NCBI GenBank assembly: GCA_963540065.1
Contig: CAUTNK010000006.1
Location: forward strand, 50,766 to 114,765
Direction of reading: 5' to 3'
DNA from: an uncultured Bacteroidia bacterium
GTDB lineage: Bacteria > Bacteroidota > Bacteroidia > Bacteroidales > CAJPTX01
Length of the DNA: 64,000 nt
Within the stretch, counting starts at the first letter, position 1, and each line of letters starts with the position of its first letter. Under the pieces are notes generated by a model. The model did not search any database. It saw only the letters and a list, made by a program, of their open reading frames with translations, and was not told the DNA's origin. The position numbers and the translations under genes are program-made. Below, one piece after another: positions 46,964-57,179 of the stretch.

Positions 46964-48460
46964 ATGAGTACATTTATAGAACGTCTGGGGAAACATATCT
47001 ACGGAGTCGATCCGAAGGAGAGGAGGAAAGGAATACGGAATATAGTCGCATTCCTGTTGTGTACTTTGATTTTTGTAGCCTTTTGGCTTATCCCCCCCAA
47101 TTTGTATGGGCTACCTTCCGATCTCCCTGTCACGCAGCAGCGCGTCATAGCGTTGTTTATCTTTGCGGCGCTGCTTTGGGTAGCCGAACCTGTGCCGGCC
47201 TGGGTTACATCTATAACAGTGTTGGTGCTACTGTTGCTTACAGTATCAGACAGCGGTTTTACCTTCTTTCGCACAGATAGCGAAGGCACTCTGGGTACTC
47301 TCATCAATTACAAAACCCTCATACATACCTTTGCAGATCCTATTATTATGCTCTTTATGGGCGGATTTGTGCTGGCGATGGCAGCCAGTCACGTCGGTTT
47401 AGATGTAGCTATAGCGCGCTTGCTGTTAAAACCTTTCGGAACAAAGTCGGAGTATGTCCTTTTAGCATTCATACTCATCACAGGACTTTTCTCCATGTTC
47501 ATCAGCAATACAGCAACGGCAGCCCTCATGATAACCATACTTACGCCGGTACTCAAGACGTTGCCCAAGGACGGAAAAGGTCGTATCGCGCTTGCGCTTG
47601 CCATTCCCGTAGGGGCTAACATCGGTGGGATCGGTACTCCTATCGGAACCCCTCCTAATGCGATTGCCCTGAAGTATTTGAACGACCCCGCAGGCCTGAA
47701 TCTTAACATCGGCTTCGGAGAATGGGTTGCCTATATGATGCCCCTAACCTTTGTGCTACTATTCGTTTCGTGGTTGCTGTTGAAATGGCTTTTTCCTTTC
47801 AAGCAAAAGCGTATTCATCTGGTTATAACTGGAGGACTCAAGAAGGGCTGGCGCACACAAGTTGTGGAGATCACCTTTGTGCTAACCGTTTTACTCTGGA
47901 TGTTCGATAAACTAACAGGTATTCAGGCGGGAGTAGTGGCTCTCATCCCTATTGCTATTTTTAGCCTTCTGGGGGTCATTACCAAAGAGGATCTCGGAAA
48001 GATCAACTGGAGTGTGCTTTGGATGGTGGCGGGCGGTTTTGCATTGGGAGAGGGGATGAAAGAGACCGGCTTGGCGCAAACTATAGTGAGTTCTATCCCA
48101 TTCCACGCGTGGCCAGCATTTGTCGTAATCGTGGCTTCGGGGCTGGTATGTTGGTTGCTCTCTACTTTTATAAGCAACACTGCAACGGCTGCATTGCTAA
48201 TGCCTATTCTTGCAGTTGTGGGGGTAGGGATGACAGATCTCCTGCTTCCTTTCGGAGGCGAAAAGACCCTACTTATTGGGCTTGCGCTTTCGGCTTCGCT
48301 GGCTATGATGTTGCCTGTAAGTACTCCTCCGAATGCTATTGCACACTCTACAGGATTTATAGAGGTGCGCGATATGGAGCGATTTGGTTTACTGACAGGT
48401 GTCATCGGACTTGCTTTGGGCTATGGCGCATTGATCCTCTTTGGTCGGCTTCTGTGGTGA
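46964..48460 (+). CDS. DASS/SLC13-family anion:sodium symporter
   Basis: About 498 aa from MSTFIERL. Polytopic, with the duplicated SNTATAA hairpin motif (FISNTATAALMI and FISNTATAALLM) and two PPN motifs. Confidence 0.85.
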   Translation: MSTFIERLGKHIYGVDPKERRKGIRNIVAFLLCTLIFVAFWLIPPNLYGLPSDLPVTQQRVIALFIFAALLWVAEPVPAWVTSITVLVLLLLTVSDSGFTFFRTDSEGTLGTLINYKTLIHTFADPIIMLFMGGFVLAMAASHVGLDVAIARLLLKPFGTKSEYVLLAFILITGLFSMFISNTATAALMITILTPVLKTLPKDGKGRIALALAIPVGANIGGIGTPIGTPPNAIALKYLNDPAGLNLNIGFGEWVAYMMPLTFVLLFVSWLLLKWLFPFKQKRIHLVITGGLKKGWRTQVVEITFVLTVLLWMFDKLTGIQAGVVALIPIAIFSLLGVITKEDLGKINWSVLWMVAGGFALGEGMKETGLAQTIVSSIPFHAWPAFVVIVASGLVCWLLSTFISNTATAALLMPILAVVGVGMTDLLLPFGGEKTLLIGLALSASLAMMLPVSTPPNAIAHSTGFIEVRDMERFGLLTGVIGLALGYGALILFGRLLW

Positions 48461-48516
48461 TAGAGTTGTAGAGCTTTGATAGTTTCAGAGGGATTGGCGG
48501 GGGAGGGAGGAGAGCA

Positions 48517-49560
48517 ATGGAAACGTCGAATAATACGCAGATATTAATATATAGAAATAGGGAGGGCGATATTGCTCTTGATGTGCGTCTTGAAGGGGAG
48601 GATGTATGGTTGACGCAGGCGCAAATTGCGATTCTGTTTGGAAAGGCACGAACTACTATTACTGAACACATTGCTCATATTTTTGAAGAGGGGGAGTTGG
48701 ATGAAAAAGTGGTATGTCGGAATTTCCGACATACCACCCCACATGGTGCACTCGAATCTCGTATACAGGAAAGAGATGTAAAGCATTATAATCTGGATAT
48801 GGTAATTTCTGTAGGTTATCGAGTTAAGTCGCTGCAAGGAATCCATTTCCGCCAGTGGGCAACACAGCGATTGCGTGAGTATATTGTTAAAGGATTTTCT
48901 CTCGACGACCAACGATTGAAGAATCTGGGAGGCGGCAATTATTGGAAGGAACTCCTGGAACGTATTCGTGATATCCGTTCGAGCGAGAAGGTGATGTATC
49001 GTCAAGTCTTAGATTTGTATGCTACGGCGAGTGATTATGATCCGAAAAGTGAGGCGAGTCTTCTTTTTTTCAAAACGGTGCAAAATAAATTGCATTATGC
49101 AGCGCATGGGCATACTGCTAGCGAAATTATATATATGCGGGTAGGTAGTGATAAACCCTTTGCGGGGCTTACGAATTTTAATGGACCCTTCCCTACGCAA
49201 GCCGAGGCTATGATAGCTAAAAATTATTTGAGTGAACAAGAATTGCGTATTCTCAATAACTTGGTTTCTGCCTATTTTGATTTGGCAGAAATTAGTGCCG
49301 TTGAGCAACGTGTGATGTGTATGGCAGACCACCTAAGAGAGCTTGATAATATTCTGCAGGCAACGGGACGCCCCTTATTAAAGAATGCAGGGAAAGTATC
49401 ACATAAAGTAGCTAAGCAAAAAGCTAAGCGAGAGATTCAACAGTATGGCGCTAAGATGCTGAGTCCTGTGGAAAAAGCTTACCTGTCAAGTATTACTACT
49501 TTAGAGAAAACAGCTAAGAAAGCAAGCAAGCAGGACACTACTAGCAAGGATGGTAAATAG
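48517..49560 (+). CDS. RhuM-family virulence-associated protein
   Basis: 347 aa. The motifs VWLTQAQIAILFGKARTTITEHI ... YNLDMVISVGYRVKSLQGIHFRQWATQRLREYIVKGF are characteristic of RhuM. Confidence 0.85.
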   Translation: METSNNTQILIYRNREGDIALDVRLEGEDVWLTQAQIAILFGKARTTITEHIAHIFEEGELDEKVVCRNFRHTTPHGALESRIQERDVKHYNLDMVISVGYRVKSLQGIHFRQWATQRLREYIVKGFSLDDQRLKNLGGGNYWKELLERIRDIRSSEKVMYRQVLDLYATASDYDPKSEASLLFFKTVQNKLHYAAHGHTASEIIYMRVGSDKPFAGLTNFNGPFPTQAEAMIAKNYLSEQELRILNNLVSAYFDLAEISAVEQRVMCMADHLRELDNILQATGRPLLKNAGKVSHKVAKQKAKREIQQYGAKMLSPVEKAYLSSITTLEKTAKKASKQDTTSKDGK

Positions 49561-49665
49561 CAGAATGTACTTACTAAATGGCTTGAAATCATATACTTAG
49601 TGAATACTTTCTATTAGCAAAGTAACAGAAAGTACAGAACAAGAAGGTATACTCGTTTTTCCATC

Positions 49666-52551
49666 TTACCATCTTAACACATCCTTTAGACGGACTTCGC
49701 GCACTCGGTAGTGTGCTTTAAGCGCCTTTAGGTTGATAGTGCGTGGGTCGCCCACAATGGTTATAAGGCGTTTTTTGTTGTTAAACTGATTGCGGTAGTA
49801 GGTGTAGAATTGCTCCCATGTTATATTGGGCAATTCTGCCGCAATACCAACACGCGGATCGGCGTCGAAGCCCAAACGTTCGTAGGTACTTACATAGTTT
49901 GGTAAACTGCGGAAAGAGGGTACACGCTGCGCCAGAGCATTCAGTATAGTTTCTTTATGTTCTGCAAGTCGTTCGGGGTATTGTGGCATAGAATCCAGAA
50001 GTCGCAGATATAGGCTTAGGGCTTCGATAGCTTTGTCGCCTTGTGTTTCGAGTTTTCCCGTGAAGAAGGTACTGTTTTGGAGCGTGATGGGGTAAGTTAA
50101 GTTCCCGTAGGTAGAGTACGCTAGCGAGCGGAATTCGCGAATCTCTTGTAAGAGGAGCCCACTAAATCCGTCGCTCAGGTATGAATTGAGCAAGACTTGG
50201 AGTGGTTCGCGTGTATGTTTGTAATCTTCCACACGTTGTATGATAGAAATTTTGGCTTGTGTTGCTTTCCGGTTCGGTAGGAAGATGATATCGACATCTT
50301 CTACAGGTTCCCATTCTTCTTGTGTTGGAGTGGGAGCTTGGAAGTTCTCGATGTTTGGTAATACTGTTTTTAGGTCGGTTGTAAGCTTGTCGGCACTCTG
50401 TTGGCCTACGTAGTAGATTTCGCAAGGAGTATGGACTGCACTCCGGAAAATAGAGTCGTAGCGTGTGGTGGGGGCGGCTCTGAGCTCCTGCGTCGTGGGC
50501 TCTAGGAGGTAGGTACTTTGTTTACCGCGTCGTGCATATTCTTCGAGAACGTCTACTTGGAAGTCGACCGATTTCCGTTGTACGCGCTGTTCGGTACGTA
50601 CATTGCCTATGAAAGTTGCTTTTTCTTTTTTAGCGAGGTGTGCCGTCCTGAGGAAACGTTGCAAAAGCACGAGAGTCGGTTGGTAGTTTGCTTCTAATCC
50701 TTGCACACTGATAGTTAGCGATTTACCAGAGGGTTTCACTGAAATGGTGGCACCTAGAATACCTAATTCTTCTTTGTATTGCTCGAGGGTTAATCCTTCG
50801 GGACTTGCACTATTCATCGCAGATAAGTAGCTGATGTTTTTCGCAAAATCCGACGGATACTGGCGGTAGTGCAACTGGAGCGTAAAGATTTCATTCAGCT
50901 CATTACGCTTGCTAAAGAGTTGGTTACCATGTCCGAGGTCTTGTTTTTCGTAATCTTTCCCGAGGGTGATGGGTATCCATGGTGCAGCTTGAGAGGGGAT
51001 CCTTTTTAGAGAATCTGCAAATTCTGACGATCCTTTTGCTGATGCAATAGTAGGCTTATACGGAGGTTTTGCGATTTTTGTCCCTCCAGAGAGCCCCATT
51101 TTATTGCGGAAGAGGAGGTAGTTGGTATCGAAGTTCTTCTTGGCGAACGCAATGACCTCTTCGCGAGTTACTGCTTTCAGTAAATCTTTGTAACGGAGTA
51201 CATCTGCAATACTTTTGCCTTGGATGTACATTTCGAACCACGTTGTAAAACGCTGGGCAGGATCCTCCATATTCCGCTCCCATTCGATAAGGTTGCTTTG
51301 TTTAGCGATTTCGAGTGACTTATCTGTAAACCGACCAGAACGGATGTCGTCTATAGCCCATCGTACGAGTCGTTCTGCGGATCGGAAGCGTTGACCTACT
51401 AATTTCGGGACAAAGGCGAAGAGTATCCCCGTCTGATCCACTAAAGGTATTTTAAGAGCCAGTGCAGCCATGAGTTCGCCCTGAAGCGATAGGCTATCTA
51501 ACTTCCCGGTTTCGGCAGTATTGGTGAAAAGAGACCGCGTTACCTCCTCGATGGCTTCTTCCTTCGGGCTCAGATCGGTATAGCGGAAAGCGAGTCCACC
51601 AGCACGGATTGGGAAGCTCCGAACCGATACAACCTCGCGTCCGTTAAAGGGTTTCTCTTCGACGCGCTGATACTCGGGGAGCGGCTTGGATTGCCAAGGG
51701 GCAAAGTATTTTTCTATTAATGTTTTTGCTCGTTCTACGGGGAAGTTGCCAGTGAGGACTAGCATCATGTTGTTCGGGACGTAGTAGGTGTTGAAAAAAT
51801 CGCGCATTTGTGTAAGGGAGGGCCTCTTGAGGTGTTCGAGTTTTCCGATAAGCGGGCGCGATCCGTAGGGGTGCGTGGGATAAAAGGCAGCTAAAAACTG
51901 ATCGTAGATGCGCGTAGCAATGTTGTCGGCATTAGCATTTTGCTCTTCGTAAACGACTTCGAGTTCGGCTTGGAAACCACGAAAGACAGGTTTTTCGAAA
52001 CGGTGTGCATAGAGTGCCATCCACTTTTCCATCTCGGTGCTGGGGAAAGCATTGAAATAAACGGTTGCATCCCACGAGGTAGCAGCATTCATTCCCGTAC
52101 CTCCCGCCTGCTTAATTAATTTGTCAAACTCGTTAACAATGACATATTGCGATGCGGCTACGGATTCGTCGTTAATAGCGCGTTGGAGGCTATCTACGCC
52201 CGCTTTGTCTGTTGTCTGCGCTAATTGGTCGTAAAGAGCAAAAATACGGTCTATATGCGCTTTTTCGGCTTGCCAGTTGGAGGTGCCTAGTTCCTCGGTA
52301 CCTTTAAAGAGCATATGTTCTTGGTAGTGAGCTAAGCCGGTAGCGTCGTAGGATTCGTGTTTGGCACCTACATTGACAATGATCCCGCCAAAAACTTTGT
52401 CGCTCGAGGCTACAGGATCCAGAAGCACGCGCATCCCGTTGGGAAGTGTATAAGCCTCGGGAACAAGTTCTTGGGCGGATGTCATAGAACAAACAATAGG
52501 ATTAAAAAAAGAAGAGCAGGCGAGAAGGGGGAGCAGGCGATGTATTTTCAT
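49666..52551 (-). CDS. M16-family zinc peptidase (double-module insulinase/pitrilysin-like)
   Basis: About 961 aa from MKIHRLLPLLA. Signal peptide, inverted zinc motif HYQEHMLFKGT, and four M16 half-domains. Confidence 0.9.
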   Translation of the reverse strand: MKIHRLLPLLACSSFFNPIVCSMTSAQELVPEAYTLPNGMRVLLDPVASSDKVFGGIIVNVGAKHESYDATGLAHYQEHMLFKGTEELGTSNWQAEKAHIDRIFALYDQLAQTTDKAGVDSLQRAINDESVAASQYVIVNEFDKLIKQAGGTGMNAATSWDATVYFNAFPSTEMEKWMALYAHRFEKPVFRGFQAELEVVYEEQNANADNIATRIYDQFLAAFYPTHPYGSRPLIGKLEHLKRPSLTQMRDFFNTYYVPNNMMLVLTGNFPVERAKTLIEKYFAPWQSKPLPEYQRVEEKPFNGREVVSVRSFPIRAGGLAFRYTDLSPKEEAIEEVTRSLFTNTAETGKLDSLSLQGELMAALALKIPLVDQTGILFAFVPKLVGQRFRSAERLVRWAIDDIRSGRFTDKSLEIAKQSNLIEWERNMEDPAQRFTTWFEMYIQGKSIADVLRYKDLLKAVTREEVIAFAKKNFDTNYLLFRNKMGLSGGTKIAKPPYKPTIASAKGSSEFADSLKRIPSQAAPWIPITLGKDYEKQDLGHGNQLFSKRNELNEIFTLQLHYRQYPSDFAKNISYLSAMNSASPEGLTLEQYKEELGILGATISVKPSGKSLTISVQGLEANYQPTLVLLQRFLRTAHLAKKEKATFIGNVRTEQRVQRKSVDFQVDVLEEYARRGKQSTYLLEPTTQELRAAPTTRYDSIFRSAVHTPCEIYYVGQQSADKLTTDLKTVLPNIENFQAPTPTQEEWEPVEDVDIIFLPNRKATQAKISIIQRVEDYKHTREPLQVLLNSYLSDGFSGLLLQEIREFRSLAYSTYGNLTYPITLQNSTFFTGKLETQGDKAIEALSLYLRLLDSMPQYPERLAEHKETILNALAQRVPSFRSLPNYVSTYERLGFDADPRVGIAAELPNITWEQFYTYYRNQFNNKKRLITIVGDPRTINLKALKAHYRVREVRLKDVLRW

Positions 52552-52674
52552 CAGGTAGTGCCTTTTATCAATTCTACACAAAGATAGAAAGTACCGCGAT
52601 TTTTGTTGTTACGACTCTTGGGTATGCTATACGAGAAAGAGTAATTCGGGTACACGTGGGAGCTTTTCTCCCCA

Positions 52675-54291
52675 CTACAAAACTTCTGTTTTCCACGTTT
52701 TTAGGTTGCGCCGCCACGAGTCGAAACTAGCACCGATGAGCATGATCTGCTTACGACTCGATAGGAACTTGTCGGCATACCCCTGCTTTTTGATCTGTTT
52801 GATGGCATCGCGCGAAGAACCCCGACTCCAGAGCTTAAACTCGAAAATATAGATAATATTGGCAGTGTGCACGATAGCATCTACCCGACCAGTAGCACAA
52901 TGTACCTCGGTTTGGACAAGGCGCCCCAGCATTTGGAAGATTACCGCCACGATACTCTGATAATATTCCTCGCGCCACTTGCGATCCTCCTTGGAAAATG
53001 TGCTGTAGGGAATACCTGCTATGATCGACTTAATGCGAGTCATAAACGCATCGACTTTGCCGGCATCGATCTCTGCATTAAAATCGGCGAGATCGCAGTT
53101 GATTTCGCGCTTTAGATTGACGTATGCCGGATACAAGACTTCGAGAAATGCGTAGCGCACCTCGTTGTTCGGGAACCCGAGGCGAAAGAGCTCTTTCTCT
53201 TCGTCGTAGTCTTTAATCGTCAGATAACCAGATTGATAGAAAATAGAAACAAGTTGCGAGGGGGCGGCTCGCATATTTTCCAGCATCCTCTTGCCTATCA
53301 ATACGTTATTGTTGTCGAGATCGGGGATAAAGAAGTGCTCCGCTTGCAAATATTTTATGAGGAATGTCGGCGTACCGGAGTAGAACCAGTAGTCGTCGAA
53401 ATCATTGGCATCGAACGCTTTTAATAAACTAAATGGATTGTAAATGCTTTGGGCATTTGCGGCAAATTTGTAGCCATCGTACTGTAGTTTTAAGCGCTGG
53501 AGGGTTGCTTCTACGGTAGTATTTTTTTCTTGGGCAAGTGCTTTTATCTCGGGGTCGAAATATCGTTGAAGTTCGTCCTCAGTGATACCGCAAATGGTTG
53601 CGTATTTAGTGTGTAAACTGATATCATTCAGGTTGTTGAGGTCGCTAAATATGCTGATTTTGCCAAACTTCGTAACGCCCGTGAGGAATGCAAGGCGGAT
53701 ATATTGGTCGCAGTTCTTAAGCACCCCGTAGAATCCTTTTAGGATTTTGCGATACGCTTCGTTGAGCTCAGCGTCTTTGGGTTCGATGGTTTCGAGGAGG
53801 GGTTTGTCGTACTCGTCTATGAGGATTACAACTTGCTGATGGGTAGTTTCGTAGATAGTTTTTAAGAGGATTTTGAATCTATCTTCTGGGGTTTCTTCTT
53901 TTCTTGCTATCGAATATTTTTCTTCCCAATCCGATAAATGAAAATCTAAAATCTCTAGTAAGCTCTTACGACTCACGTAATTTTTGGCATTCAGATCTAA
54001 GTGCAGTACGGGGAACGTTATCCACGGTTCGCGTCCTTGTTCGGTAGCAAGAGTTTCTTCACGCTCGCCGATGTAGAGCCCTTCAAAAAGCTCTTTTTGT
54101 CCGAGGAAATAAGCCTTTAGGGTAGATAGGAAAAGGCTTTTCCCGAAACGGCGTGGGCGGGAGAGGAAGTAGTATTTATATTGCGAGAGGAGGGCTTCGA
54201 TAAAGGGGGTTTTATCTACGTAGACGCAACTCATGTTGCGTAGTGATCCGAAATCTTGCCCACCGATGGGGAGTACTCGACGATTACCCAT
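52675..54291 (-). CDS. AAA-ATPase-like (PF09820-type) protein with a C-terminal PD-(D/E)XK nuclease domain (PDDEXK_9 type)
   Basis: 538 aa. It carries YFLSRPRRFGKSLFLSTL, VILIDEYDKPL, and the C-terminal GRVDAIVHTANIIYIFEFKL. Confidence 0.85.
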   Translation of the reverse strand: MGNRRVLPIGGQDFGSLRNMSCVYVDKTPFIEALLSQYKYYFLSRPRRFGKSLFLSTLKAYFLGQKELFEGLYIGEREETLATEQGREPWITFPVLHLDLNAKNYVSRKSLLEILDFHLSDWEEKYSIARKEETPEDRFKILLKTIYETTHQQVVILIDEYDKPLLETIEPKDAELNEAYRKILKGFYGVLKNCDQYIRLAFLTGVTKFGKISIFSDLNNLNDISLHTKYATICGITEDELQRYFDPEIKALAQEKNTTVEATLQRLKLQYDGYKFAANAQSIYNPFSLLKAFDANDFDDYWFYSGTPTFLIKYLQAEHFFIPDLDNNNVLIGKRMLENMRAAPSQLVSIFYQSGYLTIKDYDEEKELFRLGFPNNEVRYAFLEVLYPAYVNLKREINCDLADFNAEIDAGKVDAFMTRIKSIIAGIPYSTFSKEDRKWREEYYQSIVAVIFQMLGRLVQTEVHCATGRVDAIVHTANIIYIFEFKLWSRGSSRDAIKQIKKQGYADKFLSSRKQIMLIGASFDSWRRNLKTWKTEVL

Positions 54292-54450
54292 TATGCCTAC
54301 GAACTTTATGGGTAAAAATACAAAAAACTAGTAATTAGCGCTTAAGAGCAAAACGAAATATCATGTTGAAAGGTGGGGTATAGCGATAAGGTTCGAAAAA
54401 AAAGGGAACGAACAAATTGTACATTCCCCCGCGTTTCAGTAGTCTCGTTC

Positions 54451-54894
54451 TTATTTCTTCTTTCCAACAATGTTGATAGTTGCGCTACTATCTTTAAATC
54501 TAACAGTAAGCTTGAATTCCTTATTAGCAGCTTCGTAGCTAGCCTCCGTATCGCTGTCACTTAGCGAGCTCTTAAATGAGATCTTGCCATTTTTGTTCTC
54601 TACTACTGGAAGATCGTAAGATTGACTGCGCTCGCTTCCGTTAGCGTCGAATTTTACTTCTACCAAGATATTCCCATCATTCTTTTCAGATTTCTTAATG
54701 GTAAACACGGTAAGACTGAAGTTTTGGGGGGCGTTCGGATTCTCTTTAGTAGGAATACTTATTGTTCCTGTATAGGAACCTAGGACTTCATCCAAATTTA
54801 CCGGTTTACCGTCATCCTTCTCTTTCTTGCTACAGGAGGCGAACAAAAGTACAATCGTCGTCGCTCCCAACACAAACAATTTCAGCTGTTTCAT
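54451..54894 (-). CDS. Small lipoprotein, function unknown
   Basis: About 147 aa from MKQLKLFVLGATTIVLLFASC (lipobox), with a beta-rich sequence. Confidence 0.5.
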   Translation of the reverse strand: MKQLKLFVLGATTIVLLFASCSKKEKDDGKPVNLDEVLGSYTGTISIPTKENPNAPQNFSLTVFTIKKSEKNDGNILVEVKFDANGSERSQSYDLPVVENKNGKISFKSSLSDSDTEASYEAANKEFKLTVRFKDSSATINIVGKKK

Positions 54895-55000
54895 TACCTT
54901 TTTATAATTAACTGAACAAATGTACCTCAAACCGTACAACCATATGTAATGTAAGGCAATACCATTGTAGCGCTTAAATTCTAGTGCCGCGCCTTTTGTG

Positions 55001-55540
55001 CTAACCTTCCCGCAAAGCTAGTGCTGCAGCAAAGGGGTTACGAATAATTCGCTGATTAGAACTCCCGCGGAAACGCAACTCTTCACCACCTGCCACTTCT
55101 TTCTTAATATCCGCTTCGCGGATGGCTTGGATGAAAGGACCATCAACCAATACGTCTATGTATTCGAGAGGGGCTAGAAATTCGGGTGAGTTAGCTAACT
55201 GCTCCAGCGTATAGCCCGTGTAGCACCAGATATTCATTTTGGTGCGGGTTTTCAGTATCTGTAGCAGAGCTAAAAGCCCCTTCGGGTTAAAAAAGGGATC
55301 TCCGCCCGTGAGTGTGAGCCCTAGTAATAGCGAATTACTCAGAATATTCTGAATGTGCTTTTCTAACAGTTCGTCGGTAAGGAGTTTGCCACCTTGCGGA
55401 TCCCAACTCTGCTTGTTGTGACAACCAGGGCACGCATGCCGACATCCAGCCAAATAAAACGAGTAACGAATACCATCGCCGTCGGCTATCGTGTCTTCGT
55501 ATACTTGCAAAAGATGCAACCCATAGTCGGCTAATGGCAT
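55001..55540 (-). CDS. nrdG: Anaerobic ribonucleoside-triphosphate reductase activating protein
   Basis: 179 aa. Motifs DGDGIRYSFYLAGCRHACPGCHN (CX3CX2C) and LTGGDP. Confidence 0.85.
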   Translation of the reverse strand: MPLADYGLHLLQVYEDTIADGDGIRYSFYLAGCRHACPGCHNKQSWDPQGGKLLTDELLEKHIQNILSNSLLLGLTLTGGDPFFNPKGLLALLQILKTRTKMNIWCYTGYTLEQLANSPEFLAPLEYIDVLVDGPFIQAIREADIKKEVAGGEELRFRGSSNQRIIRNPFAAALALREG

Positions 55541-55573
55541 AGCGTGTATGGATAGTGCCCCAGAGGCGTAAAA

Positions 55574-56179
55574 CTAATTAAACTGGGTAGCTCCGTACTC
55601 GAAAAGTTGTTGCTCGGCAGCGATTTTTCGAAGATTGATCAGCGCGTAACGCATGCGACCCAGTGCTGTGTTGATGCTTACCCCCGTATGCGTAGCAATC
55701 TCTTGGAAGGTAAGACCCAAGAAATGCCGCAGTATAACCACTTCTTTTTGCGATTCGGGTAGTTCGCGGATCAACTCGCGCACTTGTGTCCGTTGTTGTG
55801 CTGCTAGGAGATCGTTGTCGGTACTCATGCTAGAAGCGAAAGTATCCGGAAGCATCGAGACCTCGCGATCGGAGTGTACTTGGTGGAAGCGTTTCCTATC
55901 GCGGTAGTGATCCATAAGTACATTGCGTGCAATGCGTACCAACCATGGTTCGAATCTGCCGTCCTCGTGATATTGCCCACGTTTAATCGAGACGAAAGCT
56001 TTCATCATCGTCTCCTGCAATAAATCGCGAGCAAGGTTATCCTCCTTTACGGAAGCTAATATATAGCCATATAGGCGCTTTTGGTATTTTGTGAAAAGAC
56101 GCTCGGCAGCATCCACACTCCCCCTTTGTAACTCCTCGATCAGGGTTACATTCTCGGATTCTGAAAATGAAGTATTCAC
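55574..56179 (-). CDS. ECF-type sigma-70 family RNA polymerase sigma factor
   Basis: 201 aa. Region 2 is LARDLLQETMMKAF ... WLVRIARN. The region 4 HTH is LGLTFQEIATHTGVSINTALGRMRYA. Confidence 0.85.
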   Translation of the reverse strand: MNTSFSESENVTLIEELQRGSVDAAERLFTKYQKRLYGYILASVKEDNLARDLLQETMMKAFVSIKRGQYHEDGRFEPWLVRIARNVLMDHYRDRKRFHQVHSDREVSMLPDTFASSMSTDNDLLAAQQRTQVRELIRELPESQKEVVILRHFLGLTFQEIATHTGVSINTALGRMRYALINLRKIAAEQQLFEYGATQFN

Positions 56180-56245
56180 GTCTGCAATAGCTTGGTTACG
56201 TAAATATCACTCTATGGGCAAAAGTTTTTTAGTGTTTCACGGTTG

Positions 56246-56253
56246 CAAAGATA
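56246..56253 (-). promoter_or_regulatory. Candidate -7 box (TATCTTTG on the minus strand)
   Basis: Perfect TAnnTTTG 67 nt upstream of the sigma-factor start. Confidence 0.35.
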
Positions 56254-56351
56254 CTCTTTTTTCGAGTTATACAATACTAGGCTATGCTGCAATTTCTCTG
56301 ATTCTGATTAGTCGAAACTCGGAAAAGACACGATAAAGCATAGAAGATCAG

Positions 56352-57137
56352 CTACTTAACGAGTAACTCCGAAAGTTTGTTTTGTAGCTGTTTGCGCGAA
56401 AGCCCTTCTTCACGTACATTGTTGTAAAACAGACTTATAGCACCAGTTTCTTCGGAGACGACAACCAGGAGAGCGTCTGTTTGTTCTGCGAGTCCGATAG
56501 CAGCACGGTGTCGCAGGCCGAGGCGTTTAGGGATATTGAGATCGTTAGAAACAGGGAGAATACATTGCGCTGCCTCGAGTCGGTCGTTACGGATCACAAC
56601 AGCACCGTCGTGTAGTGGGGCATTTTTGAAAAAGAAACTTTCCAAGAGGCGAGCACGCACCAAAGCATCTACCCCCACACCGGTTTCGATAACATCCTGC
56701 AAATTGTCGTGCCGAGCAATAGCGATAAGAGCTCCTGTGAACTGCGCACCCATTTGTGCACAACCCTCGGCGAGTTCGGAAATATTATTCTCGCTCATGA
56801 TACGCCCCTTTCGGTTGAGGAAATTACGAAAGGAGAGACGGTGACGCATCTTGTAATAATTCCCTACGTAAATGAGAAAACGGCGAATTTCTTGCTGAAA
56901 CACTATAATCAGGGCTAGGAGGCCGACGCCAGTAACTTGACCTAGTATGGTACTCAGCAGCTCCATATTCAGAGCTCGTGCCAACACCCAAGTTGCGTAC
57001 AGCAGACTGATAGCCCAGAAGATGGTAATAGCCGTAGTGCCTCGCGCCATCTTATAAATCTTATAGATCAGGAAGGCGACCAAGAGGATATCCACAACGT
57101 CCAGGATACCGATGTTAAAGATGCTTTGTATTTCCAT
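56352..57137 (-). CDS. cdaA: Diadenylate cyclase (c-di-AMP synthase, CdaA type)
   Basis: 261 aa with three N-terminal TM helices. The DAC domain carries the GALIAI, HDGAVVI and GLRHRAA motifs. Confidence 0.9.
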   Translation of the reverse strand: MEIQSIFNIGILDVVDILLVAFLIYKIYKMARGTTAITIFWAISLLYATWVLARALNMELLSTILGQVTGVGLLALIIVFQQEIRRFLIYVGNYYKMRHRLSFRNFLNRKGRIMSENNISELAEGCAQMGAQFTGALIAIARHDNLQDVIETGVGVDALVRARLLESFFFKNAPLHDGAVVIRNDRLEAAQCILPVSNDLNIPKRLGLRHRAAIGLAEQTDALLVVVSEETGAISLFYNNVREEGLSRKQLQNKLSELLVK

Positions 57138-57179
57138 GGTTTGCGCTAGGGAAACGAAGCAAGAATAAAAAGCTAGACG

